64,000 nucleotides of DNA, from assembly GCA_013239625.1 (NCBI GenBank), contig MU055785.1:434001-498000 (forward strand). The letters run 5' to 3'. This stretch comes from Lama guanicoe (lineage: Eukaryota). The notes beneath the pieces were generated by a model, which made no database searches, was not told the DNA's origin, and saw only the letters and a program-made list of their open reading frames with translations. Of the stretch, positions 1 through 11,360 are shown one piece after another. Numbering within the stretch: position 1 is the stretch's first letter; the number at the start of each line of letters is the position of its first letter. Position numbers and translations under genes: made by a program.

Positions 1-689
1 GATGGCTAAGGACTGAGCCATCATGTACCCTGAGCCCCCATGGACCGTGAACATCTCCATCTAGATGCTGCAGCTTCTTCCCCATTGTCAAGGTTCTGCT
101 CAGTCCAGCCATCTGGACCAAGTAATCAGAAGGAGCCAAAAGATGTCTCAGGTTCAGTGGGTTTGAGTCCCCTGACCTGGAACTAAAGAGGCAGGAACAT
201 GTCTGCTGGGTCAGGGCAGGGCAGGGCAGTTGGTCTTCCAACCTCCAGTTCCTCTGACCATGCAAGCTAATAATCATGATAGCCAACATTTATCAAAGGC
301 TCACGATAAGCCAGGAGCCAAGCATGCCTTCTTGGCATTATCTCAAAGTGCGGAGGATGATTTGAGGTCATTTGTTCATGTATTCATTCAACAAACGTTT
401 ATTAAGCACCTGTGATGTGTCAGGCACAGTGCTGGAGTTACATCAGCAAGCAAAATACACACAGATTTCTGGCTTTGTTAAGAAGCTGAATTTCTGGTGG
501 GACAAACATTTTTTGAGTACAGTTACGACGTGTGGTAGGAAAAAACACTTTGCACCCGTGATGTCACCAGCATTACTGCCTTAGCGTGAAGCTCTGTGTT
601 TACAAGTTGATTTAAAGAAAAATGTTAAGAATAAAAAGATGATTCACAGATGGCCGAAAAGCATGACGGGGTTTCTTTTCCCAAATAAT

Positions 690-820
690 CCTGATAGAGG
701 TATTATTGTTAGTCCCACTTTACAGCTAGGGAAACTGAGACTCAGGCAGGTGGAGGCATTTGCCTGAGGTCACCTATCTCGGACATAGTGGAGTCCAGAT
801 TTGAACCCAGGTCAGTCTTC
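690..820. mobile_element. MIR SINE (one of many; others near 6400, 11820, 12390, 35240, 40600, 41770, 48560, 61550, 61860, 62660)
   Basis: MIR core CCCA(C/T)TTTACAG..GAAACTGAG(A/G)CTCAG. Confidence 0.65.
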
Positions 821-832
821 AGAGCCAGTATT

Positions 833-943
833 GGGGGGGGAGGGGTGGGTAATTAGGTTTTTATTTATTTATCTTAATGGAGGTGCTGGGAATTGAACCC
901 AGGACCTCTCTGCATGCTAAGCACTTGCTCTACCACTGAGCCA
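833..943 (-). mobile_element. tRNA-derived SINE (camelid Vic-1-like)
   Basis: Reverse complement of A-box/B-box head plus AAACCTAATTACC tail shared with the other copies. Confidence 0.8.
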
Positions 944-1141
944 GTGTTGAGCCGAGGCGACACATCAGGTGGACTGTGTCACTCTCATACTCGACTCTCT
1001 TCCGCCAGCTCCCAAAAATCACTTTGCACATGACTTACATCCCTTCTACAAAAATCCCGCCAGGAGGTTATGCAATTTCCCCTCACTCATGTTTTCGGGT
1101 TGGGGAGGATTTAGGGCAGCCTGTTTCGCATCTTTCCTTAA

Positions 1142-1260
1142 GGGAGGGTGTAGCTCAGTGGTAGAGCACATGCTTAGCGTGCACGAGGTCCTGGGTTCCA
1201 TCCCCAGTACCTCCATTTAAAAAATAACTAAACCTAATTCTCCCCATCAAAAAAAAAAAA
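1142..1260 (+). mobile_element. tRNA-derived SINE (Vic-1-like)
   Basis: GGGAGGGTGTAGCTCAGTGGTAGAGC...GGTTCCATCCCCAGTACCTCC plus A-rich tail. Confidence 0.85.
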
Positions 1261-1284
1261 ACCAATTTAAAAAAACAACAAACA

Positions 1285-1500
1285 AAATATATATTTAAAC
1301 TGAAGAAGAGTTTACAATGTTATATCAGTTTCTGGCGTACAGCATAATGTTTCAGTCATACACACGTATATATTCCTTTTCATATTCTTTTTCTTATAGG
1401 TCGCTACAAGATGTTGGAACTTGTTATTTATCCATTTTGTATATAGTAGTATCTTCAAATCTCAAACTCCCAATTTAACCCTTCCCACCACCCCCCGCCA
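1285..1500 (-). mobile_element. L1 3' end fragment
   Basis: Resembles the reverse of the L1 3'UTR ends at 45385, 50136 and 59969. Confidence 0.6.
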
Positions 1501-2003
1501 CAGATTTAATTGTCATTTTTCTTCATTGTATTTCTGTATGTAATAGTTCCAGAGTCTTCCCTTGCCTTTTATGATCTGGACACTTTTGATAGTTTGTAGA
1601 ATTTTGTTCAGTTTGGCTTGGTCTGATTTTGTCTTCTAACTAGACTGAACCACTGCACACCCAGTCAGCCACTGGTTGAGCTGTCTGCTTACCAAAACTA
1701 GCTGTTTGCCCCCAAATCTCCTTCTGCCAGTTACACTCACTATTGTAATTACATATTTTAGGTAAATAGTATGTAGCAGGTAGGATAAAATATAAGGGGA
1801 AAAGAAAATTGCTTCTATGAAAACTAAGTTGAGTGACTTTGGAAAACCCTGAGAAAGTCAAATTCCTAAATAGAAATTGATGAAAAATTAATTGCAGGCA
1901 GCTATCAAAGATGTAGATGGGGAGAGATGACAAAAGTCTGGGAGAGTTTTGTAGTCTGTTTTGCAAGTGTCTTGAAATTCTCATTATATTTAAAATACAC
2001 CAA

Positions 2004-2138
2004 GTGGGGAGGGTATAGCTTAAGTGGTAGAGCACATGCTTAGGATGCACAAGGTCCTGGGTTCAAACCCCAGAACTGCCTCTTACAAAAACAAAAAACA
2101 AAAAACCTCATTACCTCCCCTGCAAAAAAATAATAAAA
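2004..2138 (+). mobile_element. tRNA-derived SINE (Vic-1-like) with 13-bp TSD
   Basis: TSD TAAAATACACCAA at 1991-2003 and 2139-2151. Confidence 0.88.
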
Positions 2139-2399
2139 TAAAATACACCAAAATACACTGATGTGTGCAGGAGAGATGATATGAAACATCAATCAATTAA
2201 CTCATTATCAATAATCAATTCACCCAATATCAATGAATTAATTAACAACCCAATTTAATAATGGAAAATTAAGGTACAGAAAACTTGTATGTGTAAGTTA
2301 AAATAAAGATAAGATAAAATATTCTAGGATATAAAACTCTCTATTTCTCTGCTTTAACCAACTTTTTCAACTAAGCCACAAAAAGCCTGTCAATGGGAA

Positions 2400-2680
2400 A
2401 AGGGCATTGCGCTCCACGTCATATGTCCTCAGAGAAACGCAAATTAAAATACCAGTGAGATCCCACCACACCCATTAGAAGAGCCACAGTCTGGAACATT
2501 GACAGCATGAAACGGTGGCGAGGCTGTGGAGCAACAGGAACGCTCATTCATTGCTTGTGAGGATGCAAAATGGTACAGCCACTTTGGAAGACAGTTTGGT
2601 GATTTTTTACAAAACTAAATGTGCTCTTACCATACGACCCAGCCATCAAGCTTTATGGTATTTACCCAGAGGAGTTGGAA
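2400..2680 (+). mobile_element. Old L1 (L1M) ORF2 C-terminal/3' fragment
   Basis: Typical GCAAAATGGTACAGCCACTTTGGAAGACAGTTTGG motif. Confidence 0.75.
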
Positions 2681-3259
2681 GTCTATGTCTATGCATTTTA
2701 CTGCGATAATAATAATAATAATTAATAAACACGTGAAATGTCTAGACTAGCAGAAGAAGAAAAGTTAGGTTATTTCTTACGCATTGTTAATGGCTGAAAA
2801 AGAAAAAACTGACCCCAGTTGTAGGCTCAGCAAAACATCTGGATTAAGTAAAAGAGGGGGCTTTTAGGAGAATTCCATGAAAAGAAAAAAAAAAAAAAAG
2901 ACCTGTAGCAATGAGATGGACTTACCACATTGATGCCCCTAGTCAGCACTTGCTGGTTGTGATTATAACTCCCCTAAAGAGGGAGCCATGGGAAGCCTGG
3001 CAGCTCAGGCCGGCTTGACACCTGGCCAGCCGAGCTCCAAAGGGACCACTTTCCCCACCACAGTCTCAGAGCAGCCAGGGAGGCTCAAGCAAGAACAGGA
3101 GGGTTGGTGGAGGAATCCACTCCCTCCTGTTCATCTCCAGCCTGGGGATGGGGCAGGTGTTAATTTGGTAGCTGCACCCCCAAACTACGAATTGTTCTTA
3201 AGGAGGATGGAGACACCTTTGTCAGAGAAACTGTGGAAAACCTTAAGGAGACAACGAAT

Positions 3260-3575
3260 AAAAATGCTGAAAGAAGCCAGTCACAAGAGGCCACATATTG
3301 CATGACTCCATTTTTAGGAAATGTGTCCAGAAGAGAGAAATTTATTCAGACAGAAAATAGATCACCGGGGGCTGAGGGAGGACCATGGAGGGAAGAAATG
3401 GGGGTGACTGCTAAAAGGAATTAGGGGGGTACTTTTGGGGGTGATGAAAAGTTCTAAAATTGATTGTGGGGATGATGGTTTTCCAACTCTGTAAATAAAC
3501 TTAAAAAAAATTGAACTGTACACTTTAAAGGGGCAAATTGTCTGCTGTGTGAATTATATCTTAATAAAGCTGTTT
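3260..3575 (+). mobile_element. Old L1 (L1MB-like) 3'UTR end
   Basis: GAAAGAAGCCAGTCACAAGAGGCCACATATTGCATGA...GAATTATATCTTAATAAAGCTG. Confidence 0.7.
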
Positions 3576-6500
3576 TTTCTTTTTTTTAAGTTACCTTGGC
3601 TCTAAACCAATTTCTCCAGTTCCTCTAAGAACTCCAAAGCCGCCGGCATCTCCCTAATTAGGGCTGTACTCACTTCACGATCATTTTTAAGCAGCATTTC
3701 CTCAGTACCTGAAAAGGACCCTTTGATGTCCAGCCAAAGCCGTCCTAGGAATTCTAACCTATTTTAAAGAGAGGACTGCATATTAAAAGCTTGGCTTTCC
3801 TGGCTAGCTAGGCACCCATATTAACATCCATGTCTCTGTGTTACTATGGCAACAGAAAGCTTTCACTGAGCACTTTTGGGGTGCATCCAAAGGGCCTGAA
3901 ATCTGGGTCCTGGGGGTCTCCAGCCTTCTACCCAGCACACCGCAGGCACTGGCTGCCTCGCTGACGGACGCTGGAGGAAGGGCAGCCTGGAATCAGGTGA
4001 ATCCGGGAAATCTGAGGCACATCAGGGTCCACACTCCCTGCTGGTCTGCTGGCCACCCTGAGTCACTAGCACCATGCAGGAAGAGGAGAGGGTGTTGGTC
4101 ACAACTCTCAGAGGCTGCGATCTAAAACAGCCAGTCTCCATGTCAACATGACCGTATTTTCAGGCAGGGGTAGGCAGTTTCTTCAGCCCGTGAGAGTAAC
4201 ACGGCTCGAAAGCTTTCATTCAACAGCTGGGGGGAAAGGCTGCTGTGGCTGGTATTTCTTAGCTATTTTTCTATGCACATCTAGTTTTAAATTATGAAAT
4301 ATTTCAGGCATCCAGAGGGCATAGATAATACCACGGGTACCTGTGTGCCTGCCACCTCGTTGAAGAAATACCATAGCAAATTTTTTTTTTAAGTTTGAAT
4401 GTTTTTTATGATCTCCAAATCATCAAAACATAAGACCTCCACACAAAAAACTACAAAACTGCTACTGAAAAAAATTAAAGAAAACCTAAATAAATAATGG
4501 GCTCTCCCTTCTTTAGGGGTTAGAAAGACTCAGCACAATTGTGCACAGGTGTTTTTTGTTTTTTTTTTCCTTCTTGTTTCTTTGTGCCTTCTGTTACATC
4601 GGTAATAATCCTGTCTCGCTTTTCGGAAATAAAGTCATTGGTTATCGAACATGAAAAAAAAGCAGTTAACTTTTTTTTTTTAAGTAAGATATAGGGCTTC
4701 CCCATGACTGTTTTGAGAACACTTATTTGCATGGCTGAGATCCATTCGATGGTGAAAATCAGTTTGACACAGATTGACATGAGACACATCCTGAATCCAG
4801 TGCATGAGACATCAGCCCAGGGACACGTACATATGGTCTCCAAACTCTGTCTCTTGGGGACACCACAAACTGAGCCCGCCCCTACTGGGTCTGCATGGGA
4901 AGGATTAATCAGCCGTCAGGGAGAAGGAAAAAAAATCCAGGCAAAGAAATAGGAAGAACCTGCGAGTGAGGGGAGAGAGACCTGGTATGGGTATATTTGC
5001 TTTTAAATGCCGTTGAGTCATTCTGAAGCCGTCTCAACGTAGCCTCACGTTGGGGAGTTTTGTGTTTCCGTAGCAATAGAATTCGACTCAGCCAGGAGAA
5101 AGCACTTGACTGCTGTTTCTTAAAGACGCATAAGGGGGTTTTTTGTTTGTTTTGTTTTGCATAATGGACACATTTCCCACGCAGCCACTTTCCAGGGTCT
5201 TTGTCAAGTGTCAAGGTAAGCTTTTCGAACTCTTCCGTGGACAACAGGGGAGGCAATTTCTACCCAATACAGAATGCTTAAGATGGAAAAAGCCAACTTT
5301 TGAATATAACTTCGGGGACATATTTTGTGCATTCAACACAGCTGAATGCAGACCAAGCGGAGGTAAGAAAATTGAGTAGAATCTCCTGACAAGGGGATTC
5401 AAGGAAGTGATGGGAGGTGAAGTGCTGCCCCCTGGTGTCCACAGACGGTAGTGCAGCCATTTGCCGAGATGGTCTTCTGTTATTTCCCCGTGTTCCCTAC
5501 CACCATCTCCCGCACATTTTAAAAGACTTCAATAGGGATGGCAACCTGGCAGCCCTCTGTAACCAGTGGGCAGACATGCCAACTGCTTTAAAATCTAGGC
5601 CTGACATTTCTGGTGAAAGACTGGAAAAATCTGTCAACTTTTGGGCTGCACCCGGGCATAATGAAGGTAGGCTGGAGCAGAGAAGCCGCTGCCCACTCTG
5701 AACAAGGGTTCCCCCTCTCTCCACACTCCCCACCTCTCCCCAGTGTCTCACACCCTCGTTAAGGGTTCTTGTATCGCTTCTGGATTGGCTACCAGGGTCT
5801 AAGCTCGTGAGAGAATTTACACTTGGCGTTCCAAGAAGGACTGGGCAGAGGATGGTGCCTTTTAAAGCAGATGATCACATCACCTTATTGCCTGGGGAGA
5901 GGACAGAGGTCCACAAGCCCCTTGATACCCAGCTCGGCGACGGTAAGTGCCCAGGTCAAATTCCATGTTTGGTCCTGCTTCTAATCTTTCTTATTCAACT
6001 CGACAAAATTTCTCGAGCATCTGCTAAGGGCCGTACTCGTGCCAAGAGCTGAGAGTTGCGGGGGAATGGGGCCAGTGACGAGGTATAAACAGGGGCCCAG
6101 TGGGCAAGGGCCGGAGCTGTTGGGTCTCTCATCTTGCCACGTCCCCTTCTCTGGCCTGGGCGCTTCCCTTCCTGCTCTGGGTCAATGACTTCCCTAAACC
6201 CGAATCAGACTGAGACCATGACAGGACACTGGGTTCTCTTTCCAGTGGTTGGAGCAGCCTGCAGCTTTGAAAGCTTCTCCCGCAGATAACTGCAATGATG
6301 ACTTGGCATCTTGTCTAGGAATAATGGCAACAGTGGATAGTTGGCAAGTGTTTGCTCTATGCCAGATGCCCTCACGCATGCCCCCGTGAGCAGGTGCTGT
6401 CATCGCATTATCCTCATCTTACAGAAAAGCAAAGGGAGGGTCAGCGAGGCCAAGTCACTTGCTGCCTGTAACTCAGCGCACAGGTAGCAGAGCTGGGATT

Positions 6501-8474
6501 TGAACTCCATCGGTGACCCCTACAACCACCACCTGGTAGTGGCTCCCAGTGGGGACAGGTGTCATAGAGGATGGAGGTCAGACCTGCAAGGGCCAGTCCT
6601 GCAAATCCCAAATGAGAGGGTGAAAGTGAGGAAGGCTGTTGGCCCCCATTTTACAGACGGAGAAACTGAGGCTCGGAGTCACTGGCAAGTCAAGGGCACA
6701 CAGAGCAAAGGTGACAAAGTCTGAATTGGAACCTGGTCTCCCAGTCTCCGGCATCTGTACTGCTCCCAACCTAATGTCAGCATTTCTGGGCACGTCCTGG
6801 ATGTTTAATTTCAATCTTTGTGAATTAAGAGGGAAGCTTCAACTCTCTGCTGCAAGGAAAAAAAAAAAAACTCTGTGGGAAGCAAGGGGACCAGCCAGGC
6901 TCTTCTTGAAAGGATGCAAATTACAAAGGCGGGAGGAATAGAAAGAGGTGAGAGACAGGGCAAGGAGGGCCACCTGGCAGCACAGAGAGGAGGCTGAGAA
7001 TACAGGCTATGAAGTCAGACCCACAGGCTGGAGACGGGAAGGCATCAGCATCCCCATTTGACACCCAAGGAAACTGAGGCCGGGGAGAGCGGCCCTGGCT
7101 GAAACCGAGGGCTAAATCCATTCCACCTGCCTCCACTAATCAAGGTTGTTTTAAGACTTGCACGTCCTCCAGGCAGCATGGAGCTTAAACAATAAGATAT
7201 TTGCCCGTATTGTTTTCTAGAAACTTGGAGTCAGCTGTGTCTGGTTTGAGCTAAGCAGGTGAAGATTGGCTAGGACCACCCATTCTTAAACTGGACATGC
7301 GCAAGGACCCCTGGGAGCCCTTTTGGAAGGTGCAGAGGGCTATGGTTCAGTTACACCTGTGGTAAATTCTCACACCTTTTCCCAATCACCGTCCCCACCC
7401 TCCCCCTGCCTCCTATTGCCCCACTGCTTTGTTCTTCATCCCACAAACACCCTGGGCCTTTGGAGAGGAGACCTTGAGGTTTGTTCTCCTGTCTCCTTGC
7501 TCGGCTGCCTTGCAAGACGCTGTGGAACCCAAGTTTGTGTGCCTGATACAAGGTGAGGCCAAACAGAGATGTCGAAATCTGGAGTAGAGAAAATTTTATT
7601 GCGGGGCTGTGCCAGGGAAACAGGCAAACTCGAAAGACCAGGACTCCTCAAGGGTTTTCAGGCAAGAGGTTTTTGTTGTTTTGTTTTTTAAGTTTTAAAG
7701 GTAACTTTTGGGGTGAGGGCTGCAGGGTGCACGACTTCCTTCTGGTGGGTGGAAGGTAAGGTAACGGGGGAGGGTGAGTGTTCCAGGGATCTTGGGCTCA
7801 GTCTGAAGTCCCCCCTCCTCCACCTGGTGGGGGGGGGGTCTCACCTTAGTTCCCATAGGAAAACTCATATATATCGGAAAGGTGCATTGCAGGGCCAGGC
7901 GAGTAGAACCAGTGACTCAAACTCCCAGAGGGTTTGGGGGAAGAAGTTCTTAAAGGCAAAATTTGGGGTGAGGGGTGCAGGGTGTATGATTTCCTTCTGA
8001 TGGATGGGGTGGGGACTGAGGGAATGGGGAGGGGCTCCAGGAATCTGTGCTCAGCCTGAAATTACCATCCTCCACCTGGGTGGGGGCCTTAGTTCTGGCA
8101 GAAGAACTCGAAACACTGTTATGTCTTCTCCTTAAGAAAGAACCAGGACCCTGTCCCAAGGCTGCATTCCCTTGTCTCTGCCTCCCTTCCCTTCCCTGTT
8201 TGAATCTGCCCTTTGGAACTCAGGGAAGGTCAAGCAGGCTGAATGAAGCCTATTTCCTACAATAAAAGAAATGGGGACCACAGAAGGGACTTGTACCAGG
8301 GAGGAACCCACAGGGTCCTGCTCTTTTTCCAGAACTAGGACTCCGTTAGTGGCTTCACTATTGTTTTCTTGACCGTTCCTCCTTTGTTTCTGCCTCCCCT
8401 CACTCCTCTAATTAGTAATTGCTTGAATCCGTCCTTTGGAAATCAAGGAAGGTCTAGGAGGCTCATTTTCCTAC

Positions 8475-9000
8475 TGAGACAGGAGAGAAGGGAAGAGGGC
8501 AGAGCACAACCATTAAAAGAAAGATACAGCAATTAGCACCAAGATGGCGGCAGGCTCAGCTCCCAGGAGAACTTGAGCTTCATCACAGGCTCATTGTAAC
8601 CTATTAGTGGCTAAATGACACCCACAGGCGCCATGACACTTTGAAGGCTGACCATAAAAGGTCAAAAAGTGGGGGATAGCCCAATTTCTAGGAATCCCAG
8701 CCCCTTTCCCAAAGTAGTTGGAATAATCCTCCCATTTGTCAGCATATGAAAGTTACCAGGCCCATAAAAACTAGAAACCCTGCTCCTCCTGGCCTTTTCT
8801 CTTGCCTTTTGAGATGGCCTTCACTCCATCTGTGGAGTGTGCTTCTCTCTGAATAAACCACTTTGACTTAACTATGGCTCGCTGTTGAATTCTTTCCTGC
8901 ACAAAGCCAAGGACCCTCACTTGGCGGGGGTGCATCCCAGGGACTCACCTGGGACTTGGGACATGGACATCCTCTCATGCCCTGCCCTTATCCTATATCA
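8475..9000 (+). mobile_element. Solo LTR (TGAGACAGG...TATCA)
   Basis: TG..CA ends, TATA-like CATAAAA near 8763, AATAAA near 8852. Confidence 0.75.
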
Positions 9001-9117
9001 GGACCATATGCCAACTTACAGAGATGACCCAGGGAGAATGGAGAGGGTTTTTCTATCAATCTTTGCAACCCACAGCCCAGCCTGGGCAGATGTTCCAAGC
9101 TGACTAGACACCCTCCT

Positions 9118-9765
9118 TGATACAGGAAAAACGAATGTAGGGTGAGAGGAGGGCCATGTCCCAGGTCTCGGCTGGTTCCTGGGACGTGCCCCGCCAACTG
9201 TGGGTCCTTGGCTTCGCTCAGTAAAGAATTCAAGAGTGAGCCACAGTTGAGCAAAGATAGATTTATTTAGAGAGATGCATACTACATAGAGTGTAGGCTG
9301 TTTCAGAAAGTGAGAAAAAGGCCATGAGGTTGGGAGTTGAGTGCTCAGGTTAAAGTAAAAGTAGGTACACACTCCATAGACAGAGTACGGGCCATCTCGA
9401 GGGCATGAGAGAGGCCACGAGGCATGGTGTTGCCAGTTTTTATGGGCTCAGTAGCTTCACATGCCAACAAGTGGAGAACCATTCCAACTACCCTGGGGAA
9501 GGGGCTGGGTTTCCCAGGATCTGAGCCACCGCCCACTTTGACCTTCTATGGTCAGCCTGGAAGCTTTCATGGCACCTGTGGGAGTGTCATTTACCATGTT
9601 AATATTACAATGAGCATATAATGAAGCTCAAGGTCTACTAGAAGTTAAATCTCCCGCCACCTTGAGCCTGAAGACCAACTGGGAGTTGAATCTTCCACCA
9701 TTTGGGTGTTAATTGCTGTGTCATTCTTTGAATGGTTGTGCTCTGACCCCTTCCTTCCTGTCTCA
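9118..9765 (-). mobile_element. Solo LTR related to 8475-9000, opposite orientation
   Basis: Reverse complement begins TGAGACAGG and ends TATCA; flanks TCCT/TCTT are a near 4-bp TSD. Confidence 0.75.
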
Positions 9766-10266
9766 TCTTCACTTCAGATGAGACACACATAGGACGGGAT
9801 GTCCCCATATAGGACGCCCTGCAGCTTTATCCTTCATCCCACAAATAGCCCAAGCCTTTTGCCTTCAGGGAGGCGGATTTGAGATTTGTTCTCCCATCTC
9901 CTGGCTTGGCTGCCTTGAGAATAAATCCTCTGTGTTGAAAACCTCAGTTTCTCAGCTTTTTGGCTTGCTGTGTATCAGGCAAGAGAAACTTGACTTGGAG
10001 TCAGGCCTTCTACAATTCCCAAACTTGAGGGCAAAAGTGAGGTAGGCTGTTTGCCCCCATTTTACAGATGGGGAAACTGAGATTTTGCCCAGGTCACACA
10101 GAGTGAAGGTGACAAAGTTTGAATTTAAGCCAAGGTCTCCCTGACTCCAGAGTCTGTACTGCTAACATCTTAATGTCAGCACGTTGGGGCACGTCCTGGA
10201 TGTTTGCTTTCAATATTTGTGGATTAAGATGAAAGCTTCAGCTCTCTGCTTCAAGGAAAAAACTTT

Positions 10267-10687
10267 TGCCAACTGGGAGGGAAAATGCACAGTCTAAAAG
10301 TTGAGAACGGTTTTTATTCGGGGGCATTACAAATTACGGAGGACTATGTAGCCTGGGATCCAGTCTCTCAGCTCTGAAGAATTGTTCCAAAGAGGTAAGA
10401 GAGAAGCCAGGATATGAGTTTTTGCTGGTGGGGAGAAATGAACAAGGATTCCCACTAACCCCAAAAACAGACATCTCAGGTTAACGATTTTTGAGTGCTT
10501 TTCTATGTATGAGATGCAAGAATCTAGCCTCATTGAAAGTATTCCTTTTGATATGCATCTTATCTAGGGATTTAGCCCCATCCTGAAATCCCCTAAGGGC
10601 ACACCAACTATGCTGCTGGCATGGCTGAGGGCAGGCATAATTCATTGTTTGCTTACGGGAATGGCAGGTTAACATTCTTTATCCACA
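10267..10687 (-). mobile_element. Solo LTR inserted into duplicated segment
   Basis: TG...CA ends, TTTATT near left end, flanks CTTT/CTTG; absent from the paralogous copy near 6870. Confidence 0.7.
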
Positions 10688-10959
10688 CTTGGAAGCAAAA
10701 GAACCAGCCTGGCCCTTGTCGAGAGGATGCAGATTACGAAGAGTGAAAGAGGTGAGTGACGGGAAACAGGGCGACACTGGTCGCACAGAGCCGCGGCTGA
10801 CAGCGGAGGCTGGGAAGTCAGACTAACGTGGTGGAGAGGGGTAAACCATCAGCATCCACATTTTAAACTTAAGGAAACTAAGGCCAGGAGAGGGGCCACG
10901 TGGACAAGGAAATCTAAGGGACAGAGGAGCGGAACCTCCAATTCCAGGCCCGCACTCAG

Positions 10960-11360
10960 CGCGCCCCAAAACATCTCTGGGAGTTTTCAGCACCGGCTGC
11001 TCACGCTTGACGCCCAGGCCCCGCCCCTCCCGCTGCTTATTGGCTCCTGCGGGCACGAGACCAACACAGAAAGGAACCAATGGGAGTGGCCCACGGCGCG
11101 TCTTTCCCGGGAAAGGGGAGGCGGGCGCGGGAACCCGGAAATGCGAGCGATAGACAAATTGAGGAAGCCTATCTGCAGCGGCGAGGATGGTGGACTGGCC
11201 AATGGCGAGTCCCCGAGGGCGGGGTCACGGGCCGGCAGTGGAGGTGGGTCCCGGGAGCCCGCGACCAGGGAGACTTCCAGCGCCGGTCAGACCGCGGCGG
11301 CGTCCGGCAGCGGCGCGCGGTGAGGAGGGGGCCAGCCCGGGAGGGTGCGGCGGGGCAGCA
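10960..11360 (+). promoter_or_regulatory. FICD: FICD CpG-island promoter and probable non-coding exon 1 (candidate donor GCG|GTGAGG at 11319/11320)
   Basis: CpG-dense; GC box, three CCAAT boxes (11039 reverse, 11077, 11199), ERSE; about 1.4 kb upstream of the first coding exon. Confidence 0.75.
11077..11095 (+). promoter_or_regulatory. ER stress response element (ERSE-I, CCAAT-N9-CCACG)
   Basis: CCAAT GGGAGTGGC CCACG is an exact consensus match. Confidence 0.75.

Larger units (their letters stand above)
7145..10005. mobile_element. Cluster of nested ERV (class I-like) solo LTRs
   Basis: Several TG...CA bounded units with AATAAA/TTTATT, internally duplicated blocks and inverted copies (see findings). 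Confidence 0.7.

Noticed and set aside
1640-2380. Possible Tigger-like DNA transposon remnant interrupted by a SINE
   Set aside because: Resemblance is too weak to call without a repeat library search.
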